Notes: a model not told the origin generated them from the sequence alone. A stretch of DNA of 64,000 nucleotides from Azolla caroliniana (GCA_043228905.1 JBHGNT010000012.1:17360001-17424000), one strand, 5' to 3'. Positions 1-9,898 are shown, counted from the first letter of the stretch. Made by a program: numbers and translations.

Positions 1-367
1 ACACAGACATGTCTTTTTGCCGAATGTTGTTCAACTCTTGTCGGAGTTGAAGCTTTCGGGCGGTTGTGTTGGCGGCGAACATTTTCTTTAAGTTCTCCCA
101 CGCCTCTTTGGGCGTCTTGGCGTCTCGAATGTGGCTAAGTATGTGGTCGTGGACACATGTTGCCAAGCAATACATGACTCGACTCGCTGCTTGCTCCCAT
201 GTTGCATCGTTGACATTTTTCGAGTCGAGTCAATTTTCTTGAGTGCCGTTGATGTAGCTCCAATACCCTTGTCCGACGAGGTATTGGGTCATCTTGTACT
301 CCCAAGATGAATAATTGCTTTGGTCTAGCTTTTCACTAGGGAGTGAGCTACCCATTTGTGTGTTCAT
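1..367 (-). pseudogene. Ty1/Copia gag N-terminus (continues beyond window start), one in-frame stop
   Basis: Manual translation from ATG at 367: MNTQMGSSLPSEKLDQSNYSSWEYKMTQYLVGQGYWSYING...CVHDHILSHIRDAKTPKEAWENLKKMF, typical Copia gag (KL..NY..W...M...L; AKEAW). TGA at 230-232. Confidence 0.85.
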
Positions 368-499
368 GTTGATTGTGTCTTCTCTTCTTTTGCTTTTCTT
401 CTTTCGATCACGTACACGTGCTACGTAGCGGCACTACGGTAGCCGATAACCGGATTTTGTCGTCGGCGTCTCGAACACATAATCACGGAGTCGGGTGGG

Positions 500-965
500 T
501 GTCAGGAACTCTATTAAGGCAGAGAAGGAATTAGTACTAAAAGAAGGATTAGTACTATTGTTGGGGAATAGTACTAAGACAGAGAAGGATTAGTACTATG
601 AGAGGTGTCGAACTTTGAGAGAAGGAATGAGTGAGTGAGAGAGAGAGAGAGAGAGAGAGAATGATGATGCGAAAGATATATGTATTATATGACGGAAGAT
701 ATACAACAGTAGTTAGAAGGCTTAAGACTGGCGTTGAACCGATTTGGTTCGAACTAATGCCTTGCGCCTCCTTTTATAGTGTCTTCAGGAATACTCCTGA
801 AGTTTCTAGAATGTTCCAGAGAAATCTGGAATATACATCAATTTCCTAATAAAACCTAAATGAAAATAATATCCTTCAAATTACAACTCATAACCTAATG
901 GTAAAGTCTCGACCCGTGTAACAAAAGGTTATGGGTTCGAGTCTAGTTATGACATAGTTATGACA
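500..965 (-). repeat. 3' LTR of chromovirus
   Basis: TGTCAGG...ATGACA, direct repeat of 5803-6293. Confidence 0.97.
884..956 (+). promoter_or_regulatory. tRNA-like Pol III internal promoter (A box and B box) inside the LTR; copies at 6219-6272 and 45051-45105
   Basis: TAACCTAATGG (891-901) and GGTTCGAGTCT (934-944), starts 43 nt apart as in tRNAs; each is one mismatch from consensus TRGCNNARYGG / GGTTCGANTCC. Confidence 0.6.
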
Positions 966-3900
966 CTATCCCCCCTTTAAAACGACGAGTTTCACGAGTC
1001 GTTTTGGATTGAGGACCCGGTTTCTCGGGATATCGTCGATGGAAGTCTTCTAGAAGAGCACGAGCATTGGTCACATTCTCGATCGGTTCCCAAGTACGCT
1101 CGCTGGGACTATATCCTAGCCAATCGACTAGATAGTAGAGCTTGTTGCGAACAATCTTGGAATCGAGGATGGCAGCGACCTCATACTCAGGTCCATCTTC
1201 GAGCTCGATAGGAGGTGGAGGTTGTATAGTACGTCCTGGGATAGTGCTCTCGTGATAGGGTTCGAGGAGAGAACTATGAAACACCGGGTGTATCCGAAGT
1301 TGCGGAGGTAGCTCGAGACGAAAAGCGACATCATTAATCTTCCCGATAATACGGAAAGGACCTAATCGTCGATAATCCAACTTCTCACATGGGCGAGTAG
1401 TCTTGATGTGTCGTCGTAGCAGCCACACCCGATCTCCAATGTTAAAACTGGATGGAAGTCGATGACGATCTGCGTAGTCCTTGTGTGATTGTTGAGCTTG
1501 CTGGAGTTGAGTAGATAAATCCGCTTGTATCTTGCGTAACCGCTCCAAACGATCCTCCGCGCAAGGATTTGTGGACACTTCTGGGGTTTCAAGGACACAC
1601 CACCGGGGATGATATCCCGTATAAGCGTAGAATGGCGTGACTTTAGTCGATGCGTGGATAGCGTTATTATAGGCAAATTCGGCGAACGGAAGAATATCTG
1701 TCCAGTCATTCTGATGATAGTTGAGAAAGCACCGCAGATACTGCTCCAGTGTTTGATTTGTTCGTTCGGCTTGACCGTCGGTTTGTGGGTGGTAGCCGGA
1801 GGAGAGGTTACAAGTGACCTTCAGCATTTTAAAAAGGTGCTTCCAGAATTTTGACACAAACTGGGGTCCACGATCGCTGATGATATTATCAGGGAGTCCA
1901 TGATGCCGACATACTTCCCGCATGACAATTTCGGCGGTGTCTTCACTAGATATTTCTTTAGTACATGGTAAGAAATGAGCCATCTTCGTATATCGATCCA
2001 CCACTGTGAGAATCGCACTGAATCCCTTAGAGACTGGAAGATCTGTAATGAAGTCAAGAGCAATGGATTGCCATGGCTTGCTTGGAATTGGTAATGGTTC
2101 TAATAAACCATATGGATGATGTCTTGGCATTTTCGCTCTGCAGCATGTATCGCAAGTCCGAACAAAATCTTCGACAAATTGTCGCATACGGGGCCACCAG
2201 AATGATCGTTGTACTAAATCTAATGTTTTAGTACTACCAAAATGTCCTGCTGTATATGTGTCATGGCAGTTTTGTACTACTCGAAGGCGGCAAGAACCAT
2301 TAGGAACATACAAAAGTTCTTTAAAGAAGAGTAATCCATCACAGTATTTGAATTGCCGATAATCCGTACCTGGTGATTGTGATTGTGAACATGACGCTCG
2401 AGAGGGGTCAATTTGTGCTAGTATAGCTTGGGCGAAAGCGTCAGTCTTCAAGTCCTCACGTATAGTATTGGTAATGTCGGAATCCACGGGCATGTCAAAG
2501 ATCTGTGCTGCTTGCAGTCGTGCTGGACCCAAGATTACTTGCTTCTGGTTATCGAAAGCTGGCTCACCGGGACGTGGTGTTAGATACGAACGCCGTGATA
2601 ATGCATCTGCCTTCCCTTGGTGCTTCCCCGGACGATATGTAATTTTGAAGTCGAAGCGTGTGAGGAAATTGGCCCACCGAGCTTGACGTCGATTCAGTAC
2701 ACGAGCATCTTGAAAGTAGGCAAGGTTCTTGTGGTCACTGAATACAGTGACCTGATGAGGAGATCCCTCCAGGAAATGCCTCCATAGCATAAAAGAATCA
2801 GCTATTGCTAATAGCTCTTTATCATGAATTTCGTAGTTGATTTCGGCGGCGTCAAACTTACGGGAGTGGAAAGCCACAGGATGTAGCTTCTCGTCGTTAC
2901 CCTGTTGTGACAGAATGCTCCCCAATGCGAAATCCGATGCATCAGCTTCGATAATGAATGGTTTTTCCGGATCCACATGACCTAAAATTGGAGCTGATGT
3001 AAACGCCTTCTTAAGACTCTCGAAAGCCATGTCCGTCTCTTTAGACCAAATGAATGATTGTCCCTTCCTGGTGAGCTGTGTGAGAGGCAGCACAATTTTT
3101 GAGTAATTTTGTATGAACTTCCGGTAGAAATTTGCAAAGCCTAGGAAGCATTGCACATCCCGCACCGAACGCGGAGTGTGCCATTCTATCACCGTTTTGA
3201 CCTTGGCTGGGTCCATAGATATGCCTTCTGAGGAGATGACATAGCCGAGAAACTCTACTTGGTTGCACCCGAAACTACATTTCTCTAACTTTGCATACAG
3301 ACCATGTTCTCGAAGTCGTTTTAGTACTAATAGTACATGAGAATCATGTTCTTCTTGGGTCTTTGAATAAACCAGTAGATCATCCAAATAGATGATCAAA
3401 AAATCATCCAAGAGGTCTCGAAATATATCATTCGCCATGTGCTGGAAGACTGCCGGCGCATTAGTGAGTCCGAACGGCATGACCGTATACTCGAAGTGCC
3501 CATATCTGGTGCGAAACGCGGTCTTCCATTCATCTCCTGGTCGGATCCGTACGAGGTTATAGGCTCCTCGTAAGTCGATCTTCGTGAAGAACCTGGCACC
3601 GTTGATCCGTTCTAAAAGACTTGAGATAAGGGGAAGAGCATACCTATTTCTTACTGTGACCTTATTCAAGCCACGGTAATCTACAACGAGTCGAAGCGAG
3701 CCATCTTTTTTCTTGACGAAGAAAATGGGTGCGCCGGCTGGAGATTTCGAATGCCGAATGAAACCGTTCTCCAAATTCTCCTCTATATAGGCTCGAAGGA
3801 CTTCTAGCTCGGTTGGTGACAAATTGTAGATCGGCCCCCATGGCGGCTCTTTTCCCGGTTGTAAGTCGATGGCGCAGTCGTACGGCCGATGATGAGGAAG

Positions 3901-4554
3901 TGTGTTGGCTTGTACTTTATCGAACACATCAACATACTGACGATACTTCTCGGGAAGTTGAACGGTGGACTCCTCTTTGGTGGTGCTGGAGGGTTGTACT
4001 GATATTGCAAAGAGAAACATTTCCTCCTTGCGCCCTTCCTCACGCAACTGACGTAGCGAAATGGTTGCAACCTTCTGGGTAGATCCTTGGGTTTGTCGCA
4101 ACCGGATTTCCCTTGTCCTCCAATCTATGTCTGGGTCATGTAACTCGAACCATGGTAATCCTAAAACTATGGGATGTTCTGGAATACTAATAATATTAAA
4201 TGATACTACACATGTTAAGTTATCTAGGACAATATTAACGGGTTCCGACTCTTCTATGATATTACCAGAAGCAATGGGACGACCATCAATGACTACTACT
4301 GAGGCTGGACATGGGAGCTTTCTTAGAGATATCTGATGAGCTCGGGCAAAATTCCTATCCATGAAGCAAGAATTAGCTCCGGAATCTAGAAGGGCTAAGG
4401 TATGTACTGGAGGGGTACTTTTAGTACTAACTGCTACTTGGACTACGAACACATCACTAACTTGCTTAGAGGGAATGGAACCACTAATGGGCTGCACAGA
4501 TCTAGGGCTGTCCAACCAAACGGCTCCTATTTTGGCTGGACTTAGTCGTTTAAC
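958..4554 (-). CDS. pol: Ty3 pol (protease, RT, RNase H, integrase, group I chromodomain), intact, probably entered by -1 frameshift
   Basis: LLDSGA protease, YLDD RT, DAS RNase H, H-H-C-C and DDE integrase, GPF motif, EYEVAAIL...YLVDWLGY...TWEP chromodomain. Frame is open from the slippery site at 4554; stop lies inside the 3' LTR. Confidence 0.95.
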   Translation of the reverse strand, partial: VKRLSPAKIGAVWLDSPRSVQPISGSIPSKQVSDVFVVQVAVSTKSTPPVHTLALLDSGANSCFMDRNFARAHQISLRKLPCPASVVVIDGRPIASGNIIEESEPVNIVLDNLTCVVSFNIISIPEHPIVLGLPWFELHDPDIDWRTREIRLRQTQGSTQKVATISLRQLREEGRKEEMFLFAISVQPSSTTKEESTVQLPEKYRQYVDVFDKVQANTLPHHRPYDCAIDLQPGKEPPWGPIYNLSPTELEVLRAYIEENLENGFIRHSKSPAGAPIFFVKKKDGSLRLVVDYRGLNKVTVRNRYALPLISSLLERINGARFFTKIDLRGAYNLVRIRPGDEWKTAFRTRYGHFEYTVMPFGLTNAPAVFQHMANDIFRDLLDDFLIIYLDDLLVYSKTQEEHDSHVLLVLKRLREHGLYAKLEKCSFGCNQVEFLGYVISSEGISMDPAKVKTVIEWHTPRSVRDVQCFLGFANFYRKFIQNYSKIVLPLTQLTRKGQSFIWSKETDMAFESLKKAFTSAPILGHVDPEKPFIIEADASDFALGSILSQQGNDEKLHPVAFHSRKFDAAEINYEIHDKELLAIADSFMLWRHFLEGSPHQVTVFSDHKNLAYFQDARVLNRRQARWANFLTRFDFKITYRPGKHQGKADALSRRSYLTPRPGEPAFDNQKQVILGPARLQAAQIFDMPVDSDITNTIREDLKTDAFAQAILAQIDPSRASCSQSQSPGTDYRQFKYCDGLLFFKELLYVPNGSCRLRVVQNCHDTYTAGHFGSTKTLDLVQRSFWWPRMRQFVEDFVRTCDTCCRAKMPRHHPYGLLEPLPIPSKPWQSIALDFITDLPVSKGFSAILTVVDRYTKMAHFLPCTKEISSEDTAEIVMREVCRHHGLPDNIISDRGPQFVSKFWKHLFKMLKVTCNLSSGYHPQTDGQAERTNQTLEQYLRCFLNYHQNDWTDILPFAEFAYNNAIHASTKVTPFYAYTGYHPRWCVLETPEVSTNPCAEDRLERLRKIQADLSTQLQQAQQSHKDYADRHRLPSSFNIGDRVWLLRRHIKTTRPCEKLDYRRLGPFRIIGKINDVAFRLELPPQLRIHPVFHSSLLEPYHESTIPGRTIQPPPPIELEDGPEYEVAAILDSKIVRNKLYYLVDWLGYSPSERTWEPIENVTNARALLEDFHRRYPEKPGPQSKTTRETRRFKGGIVS
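4503..4554 (-). promoter_or_regulatory. Candidate -1 programmed ribosomal frameshift signal (G UUA AAC plus 11-bp stem, possible pseudoknot)
   Basis: Slippery heptamer 4554-4548, 6-nt spacer, stem GUCCAGCCAAA/UUUGGUUGGAC (4541-4531/4520-4510); pol is in the -1 frame and open across the site. Confidence 0.8.
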
Positions 4555-5711
4555 TCTTCTTCTAATTGGCTAAGGACATCAAATTTGTTTGCGAGATTCG
4601 GACTATTAGTACTATTAGGACTATTATGACTATGAGGATTATCAGAGATTCCTACTGACATAGACTCGGGTTTAGTATAGTCAGAACTAACAATGACTTG
4701 GTTTACCTGCCTTCTTGGTCTATGGGGACAGTTTATCGCGATATGCCCTGGTCCACCGCAATAAAGGCATAATCGGTTTGTTCGGCGTCGTTGCTTTTCC
4801 TCCTCCGATAGCGGCCCACGACGACGTGTAGTGTCAATTTCCATTGGAGTTGGAGTACTTACTGGAGGCGCATTATGTGACTCCCTTTGAAAAGGTTTCG
4901 CTACCATTGAGGCATAGGTAGGCTCGGATCTTGCCCTCGGCATCTGAAATTGTCGTTCCGAACGTCGCTCGAAGAGGCGGTTGTCACATCTGACCGCTCG
5001 ACTGATTGCTTCTGTTAATGATTTTGGCTCTTCAGGGAAAGTCAAGAGTAAATCCTTGACATCGTTGCGTAGACCATAGCGGAACTGCTCCATCAATGCT
5101 TGATCATCCCAGGGGATATCGGCGGCGAGTAGGCGGAAATCTGCAGCATATGCGGAGGCTGGACGGTCACCTTGGCGTAATCGCCGGATTTTGTTGATTG
5201 CAGTCCTTATGCTGTCAGTATCTCCAAAACATGCTTTAAACTCACTTATGAATTCTTCAAAATTATTTAGTACTGGAGATTCCTTTTCTAGTAGCGGTGC
5301 GAACCATGCTAATGCTGAGCCAGTTAACAACGTGCCTACTAAACCCACTCGTGATGCATCGGTGGGATATCGGGACGGATGCATTTGAATAACTAACCGT
5401 ACCTGGTTAAGAAACCCTCTAAACTGCGATCACGTTCCATCGAACTTCGTGGGAAGGCCAATCTTGGGTTCTTTATGAATCCCTTGTGCTCCGTGCCCTT
5501 GTTGTTGCATTGCTACGATGGTTGCTTCGAGTTGTTGCACGCGTAACGCAAGTTCCCCATGCTGTTGTTGCGTTTGCTGCTTTTCTAAGGAAATTTGCTG
5601 AAGATCCCCCAACAAGCGTTGATTTTCTTGTTCCAAAGCATGAAACTTCTCTTTCAAGCATTGAAATTCCGAGAAAACGGATTGATACTCTTCAGCGCTA
5701 ACGGTGGCCAT
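4542..5711 (-). pseudogene. gag: Ty3 gag (sushi/PEG10-like capsid plus CCHC knuckle) with a single premature TGA at 5430-5432
   Basis: ORFs 5430-5711 and 4542-5384 are in the same frame (KFDGT*SQFRGFLNQVRL); CLYCGGPGHIAINC knuckle. Confidence 0.92.
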
Positions 5712-5788
5712 GGGATGAAGGAAAAGGGAAATAAGAGACTAGTAGGAAAGGAGAGAGACAGAAGGAAGAGGGAGACTAGTAGGAGGGA

Positions 5789-5800
5789 AAATCGGTTCAA
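5789..5800 (-). promoter_or_regulatory. Self-priming primer-binding site (non-tRNA)
   Basis: UUGAACCGAUUU lies 2 nt after the 5' LTR and is the exact complement of AAAUCGGUUCAA (6073-6062), ~33 nt downstream of the LTR TATA box. Confidence 0.85.
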
Positions 5801-5802
5801 AC

Positions 5803-5935
5803 TGTCAGGAACTCTATTAAGGCAGAGAAGGAATTAGTACTAAAAGAAGGATTAGTACTATTGTTGGGGAATAGTACTAAGACAGAGAAGGATTAGTACT
5901 ATGAGAGGTGTCGAACTTTGAGAGAAGGAATGAGT

Positions 5936-5995
<60 letters not shown>

Positions 5996-6293
5996 TGCGA
6001 AAGATATATGTATTATATGACGGAAGATATACAACAGTAGTTAGAAGGCTTAAGACTGGCGTTGAACCGATTTGGTTCGAACTAATGCCTTGCGCCTCCT
6101 TTTATAGTGTCTTCAGGAATACTCCTGAAGTTTCTAGAATGTTCCAGAGAAATCTGGAATATACATCAATTTCCTAATAAAACCTAAATGAAAATAATAT
6201 CCTTCAAATTACAACTCATAACCTAATGGTAAAGTCTCGACCCGTGTAACAAAAGGTTATGGGTTCGAGTCTAGTTATGACATAGTTATGACA
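5803..6293 (-). repeat. 5' LTR of chromovirus (TATAAAA at 6106-6100)
   Basis: Direct repeat of 500-965; TATA box on the - strand. Confidence 0.97.
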
Positions 6294-6323
6294 GTGGGCT
6301 TAGTGGATTTTTTAAACCACACA

Positions 6324-6334
6324 CTTTGATACCA
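6324..6334 (-). promoter_or_regulatory. Copia primer-binding site (tRNA-iMet)
   Basis: TGGTATCAAAG vs canonical TGGTATCAGAG, directly next to the LTR terminus. Confidence 0.8.
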
Positions 6335-6517
6335 TGTTAAGAATTAGGTAAGTAATTAAGAGTTAATTAGTACCTAATTATGTGATAAAGTTAAGTGCGG
6401 AAGATTATGTGATATGTGTGTGTGTGAGAGAGGAAGAGAGATAGATAGATAGATAGATAGATTATATTATCGTCTTCGGAGATCAAATATGACCTATGAG
6501 ACCAAAAATATTACATT

Positions 6518-9500
6518 TCACGTGATACGTGTGAAAGTGAGTAGTGACTCTCGATGTTCAAGAATTTTACCAATGAATGTTGCAATCGAGAGTGCACATT
6601 GTGGTTGTGAGAGGAATTCATGCAAAGATTGGGCTCGATCGAAGAGATGTGGAAAGCATGGTCGAATATGATCAAAGGCAGAGCATTGTATCAAAGTGTG
6701 ATACTCAGACTCGCGAACTTGTTTAGGGCAAAGTGTGCATAGCCGACCACTCTCATCACTTGTACCCCAACGCCCTGTTTCACATCGCAATGCATGTGAG
6801 CTAAGTCGCATGGAAGCAATGGTTCGAATGGCAGATAACGGTATGGGCTCTAACATGTATGGATGTGTACGATTTCCCCGTTCCGCAAAGAATATGGTTT
6901 TGTAGTTAGGTGCAACATGTGTAGTATAATGTGTGAAGCGTGAGCCTCCACATTTGTCCCATGTCATGATACATTGGCGTTGCAAAAATGCCTCATTTAC
7001 AGAGGAATCTAATGATGCATCATGAAGCAAGTGTCTCGCATCCCATCTACCAAACCATTTTTCTATATCTTGCATCCAACCGGAACACAAAATTTTGCTT
7101 TTATGCGTCTTTTGGATCTTTTTGCTTGCTTCCCACGCAATTCTAGGAAGTCGATGTGAGGGACTTTTTTGAACCTTAAGCATGTATTCAACAACCCTTT
7201 CCATGGCCATGATCTCAATGGGAAGCGATCCCGTCTCAAGGAGGAGGAGGGTGTAGGGCGTTTGTTTCTTAACTTGTAGAAACTTGGTAAGAAAATGCTT
7301 TTGGACATTTTCAAACTCTTTCCACATAGACTTAGGGATGCTACCGCCCCATACTTCCACCCCATAGAGAAGAACTGGTGTCACCAAAGTGTCAAAAAGA
7401 TATTTCTTGAGGACCCAACACTTAATATCTCCAAGATTGCATGTGTTCTCAAATGCATAGTATGCTCGTTTGCCCGCCTCTAAGCGGCGTGTAGCACATT
7501 CATTCCATCTATGATTTGAAGGAACTTCAAGGCCAAGATATTTGAAGCTTTCCACACATTCAAGTGGCTCATTGTTGTACATAATGCATGGTTTATCTCT
7601 TTTTTGGCTCTTCACAAGCATAATCTTTGTTTTAGAACTATTGACACTTAATTTAGTATGCATGCAAAATTTTTCCAATGCCTTCATAAGCTTTTGTGCA
7701 TCTCCTAAAGTATTTGCAAAAAGCACTACGTCATCTGCATATAGCAAAAGCATAATCACAACATTCCCAATGGCAACTTCTTCAACACATTCTTCCTTTG
7801 CAAACTTGGTAACCATTTCTTCCAATTCATCAATGCATAGACCAAATAGTGTTGGTGAGAGTGGGCATCCTTGCTTAACACCAATAGTGCTTTTGAAAAA
7901 ATCTGAAAGTTTATCTTTCATGCGCACACAACATATAACCTTCTCATAAATTCGGGAAATTGCAAGCATATATTCACTTGGCACCTCAAGTTCTTCCATT
8001 CGCCTCCAAAGATGCTCACGAGGTACCATATCAAAAGCTTTCTTGAAGTCTGCAAAGCAACAATATAAACCTTTACCTCTAAGGCGACTTTCCTCCATTA
8101 ATACTCGAAGGGTGATAAGGTGATCAATGGTGCTATGGTGTTTCCGAAAGCCAGCTTGTCCATAAGCTCTCTTACCACTTTTTTCAGCCCATACACTTAT
8201 CTTTGATTCCATTATACATCCAAATAGTTTTGCCATTAATGAGCCAACCATGATGGTTCGATAATTGTTTACATTATTTATATCTCCACTTTTATGTAAA
8301 GGTTTGATCCAATTTGTAGTCCAATCGTACGGCATACCATGTTGCAATGCATCATTAAACATATCGCTTATCCATATATGTGCTTCCTTTCCCGTCCATT
8401 TGAGCATTTCAGCCTTTATACATTGAAGATCGCTTGCCTTTCGAGAGGCCAATTTCTTAAGTCCTATGCATATATCTTCAATTGTAAAGAAGGAAGGCAT
8501 ATGTGAAAGAGAACCATAACACATCATCTTTCCGGCAAGAGATAACTCATATAAATTCTTACAATGCATAGACAAGTCGTGAAGAGTTAAGTCACCATAA
8601 CTCTCAACACGTTTTCCCTTTAGATTTCCCCAAAATTTAGCACATGCATGTGCTTTCTCTTGCGTTTGGATAAATTGTTGAGTAACTTCCCATATTCTTC
8701 TCTTTCTTTGAATAAGCCTTTTATACTCATGCAAATGCTTTTGGTAATTCTCTTTATCCTTAACTACATCCAAAACCATAAGGCACTTTCGAGCTTCACG
8801 ACATTCTTTATCAAACCATTTTTTCCTAAGTTTCTTGGTGCATTTCCAAGATGTGCGGTTGGTCGAAAAACATTTGTTTGTACATGAGAGAATGACTTTC
8901 TTGAAAGCTTCCCATTTGCATTCTAGTGTGGCACCATGTTGTATCTTTGTCATTTGTAACATATCCTCAACCATCTTGGAATACATGGGTGCTCGCTTAA
9001 GGTTCATGCTCAAGTGCGGTTGTTTATTATCTTCAATAGCCTTCTCACAATCAAACCTATGCATACATTTGAGATCAATACATAAAGGCCTATGATCTGA
9101 TTCCGGTGTCCATTCACCAAGTGAGAATTTATGTATACGATCCAAAATACCTTCGGAAAGTAGCACATAATCAATCACACTATTTCCGTTGTATTTTCTA
9201 CATGTAAAACCATTAGTGTTGGGCCATAAGGAAATACCATTTGCAATAAGCAATCCGGTACTATTGCACATTTGTAGGAGTAACTTCCCAAATTGGTCCG
9301 GATCTTTTTCATCGCTAGAAGAGCGGTTATACATTTGCATATCCTCTTGCATCCTTGAGATATGTGGCATGAAAGATTCTTGTGAATCAAGTTGGAAACT
9401 TCTTGTACGAGCATTCATGTCACCAAAGACAATAACTTCCCCTTTGGATTTGAAATAAGCAATATCATCTTCTAGATTGGCAAACGGTTGATCTTTATCC

Positions 9501-9898
9501 AAACAAGCATAAAAGTTAGAATCTTGATGAGGAATGTAACATCCAACAACAAAAGTGGGCAAATCATTAGGTGTTTCTATTTTGAGCCATATGTAGCATT
9601 TATGTTCATCATTTTTTATGATTGACACATATTTCTCTATTTCCGTCTTAATCAAACATGCCACCCCTCCTTGTCCTCTTCTTTGTCTTGGATTTTTCTT
9701 CCATATCAAAGAGTGTACATTATAGTTTCCTAAACCTTGAATCCTTTGAGTATCATGCTCCCATGTTTCAACAAGAAGTGTGATATCCGAGTCATTGGTG
9801 AACTCCTCTATGCCAAATCCCGCATTCCATGGGTATCCATTGCAATTCCAAAAGCATAGTCGTAAAAGGCGTGGGTTAGTCTCATAGATCGCGTGTCC
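6518..9898 (-). CDS. LINE ORF2 (AP endonuclease, reverse transcriptase, C-terminal CCHC), uninterrupted but lacking an upstream AUG
   Basis: LCFWNCNG, LVETW, GDMNA, IDY, SDH endonuclease motifs; QGCPLSP, YADD, YLG RT motifs; CTLC...HTLIQC. Open from 9898. Confidence 0.93.
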   Translation of the reverse strand, partial: GHAIYETNPRLLRLCFWNCNGYPWNAGFGIEEFTNDSDITLLVETWEHDTQRIQGLGNYNVHSLIWKKNPRQRRGQGGVACLIKTEIEKYVSIIKNDEHKCYIWLKIETPNDLPTFVVGCYIPHQDSNFYACLDKDQPFANLEDDIAYFKSKGEVIVFGDMNARTRSFQLDSQESFMPHISRMQEDMQMYNRSSSDEKDPDQFGKLLLQMCNSTGLLIANGISLWPNTNGFTCRKYNGNSVIDYVLLSEGILDRIHKFSLGEWTPESDHRPLCIDLKCMHRFDCEKAIEDNKQPHLSMNLKRAPMYSKMVEDMLQMTKIQHGATLECKWEAFKKVILSCTNKCFSTNRTSWKCTKKLRKKWFDKECREARKCLMVLDVVKDKENYQKHLHEYKRLIQRKRRIWEVTQQFIQTQEKAHACAKFWGNLKGKRVESYGDLTLHDLSMHCKNLYELSLAGKMMCYGSLSHMPSFFTIEDICIGLKKLASRKASDLQCIKAEMLKWTGKEAHIWISDMFNDALQHGMPYDWTTNWIKPLHKSGDINNVNNYRTIMVGSLMAKLFGCIMESKISVWAEKSGKRAYGQAGFRKHHSTIDHLITLRVLMEESRLRGKGLYCCFADFKKAFDMVPREHLWRRMEELEVPSEYMLAISRIYEKVICCVRMKDKLSDFFKSTIGVKQGCPLSPTLFGLCIDELEEMVTKFAKEECVEEVAIGNVVIMLLLYADDVVLFANTLGDAQKLMKALEKFCMHTKLSVNSSKTKIMLVKSQKRDKPCIMYNNEPLECVESFKYLGLEVPSNHRWNECATRRLEAGKRAYYAFENTCNLGDIKCWVLKKYLFDTLVTPVLLYGVEVWGGSIPKSMWKEFENVQKHFLTKFLQVKKQTPYTLLLLETGSLPIEIMAMERVVEYMLKVQKSPSHRLPRIAWEASKKIQKTHKSKILCSGWMQDIEKWFGRWDARHLLHDASLDSSVNEAFLQRQCIMTWDKCGGSRFTHYTTHVAPNYKTIFFAERGNRTHPYMLEPIPLSAIRTIASMRLSSHALRCETGRWGTSDESGRLCTLCPKQVRESEYHTLIQCSAFDHIRPCFPHLFDRAQSLHEFLSQPQCALSIATFIGKILEHRESLLTFTRIT

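Larger units (their letters stand above)
500..6293 (-). mobile_element. Full-length Ty3/Gypsy chromovirus (Tcn1/Tf1-sushi-like), young insertion
   Basis: LTRs 500-965 and 5803-6293 (TG...CA) look identical except around the (GA)n tract; TSD GTGGG at 495-499 and 6294-6298; PPT AAAGGGGGGATAG next to the 3' LTR; gag plus PR-RT-RH-IN-chromodomain. Confidence 0.97.

Noticed and set aside
631-849. 72-aa ORF duplicated at 5938-6177
   Set aside because: Translation of the LTR (GA)n tract on the antisense strand; duplicated only because LTRs are.
884-956. Functional tRNA gene
   Set aside because: Only the A/B boxes fit; acceptor and anticodon stems do not form a proper cloverleaf.
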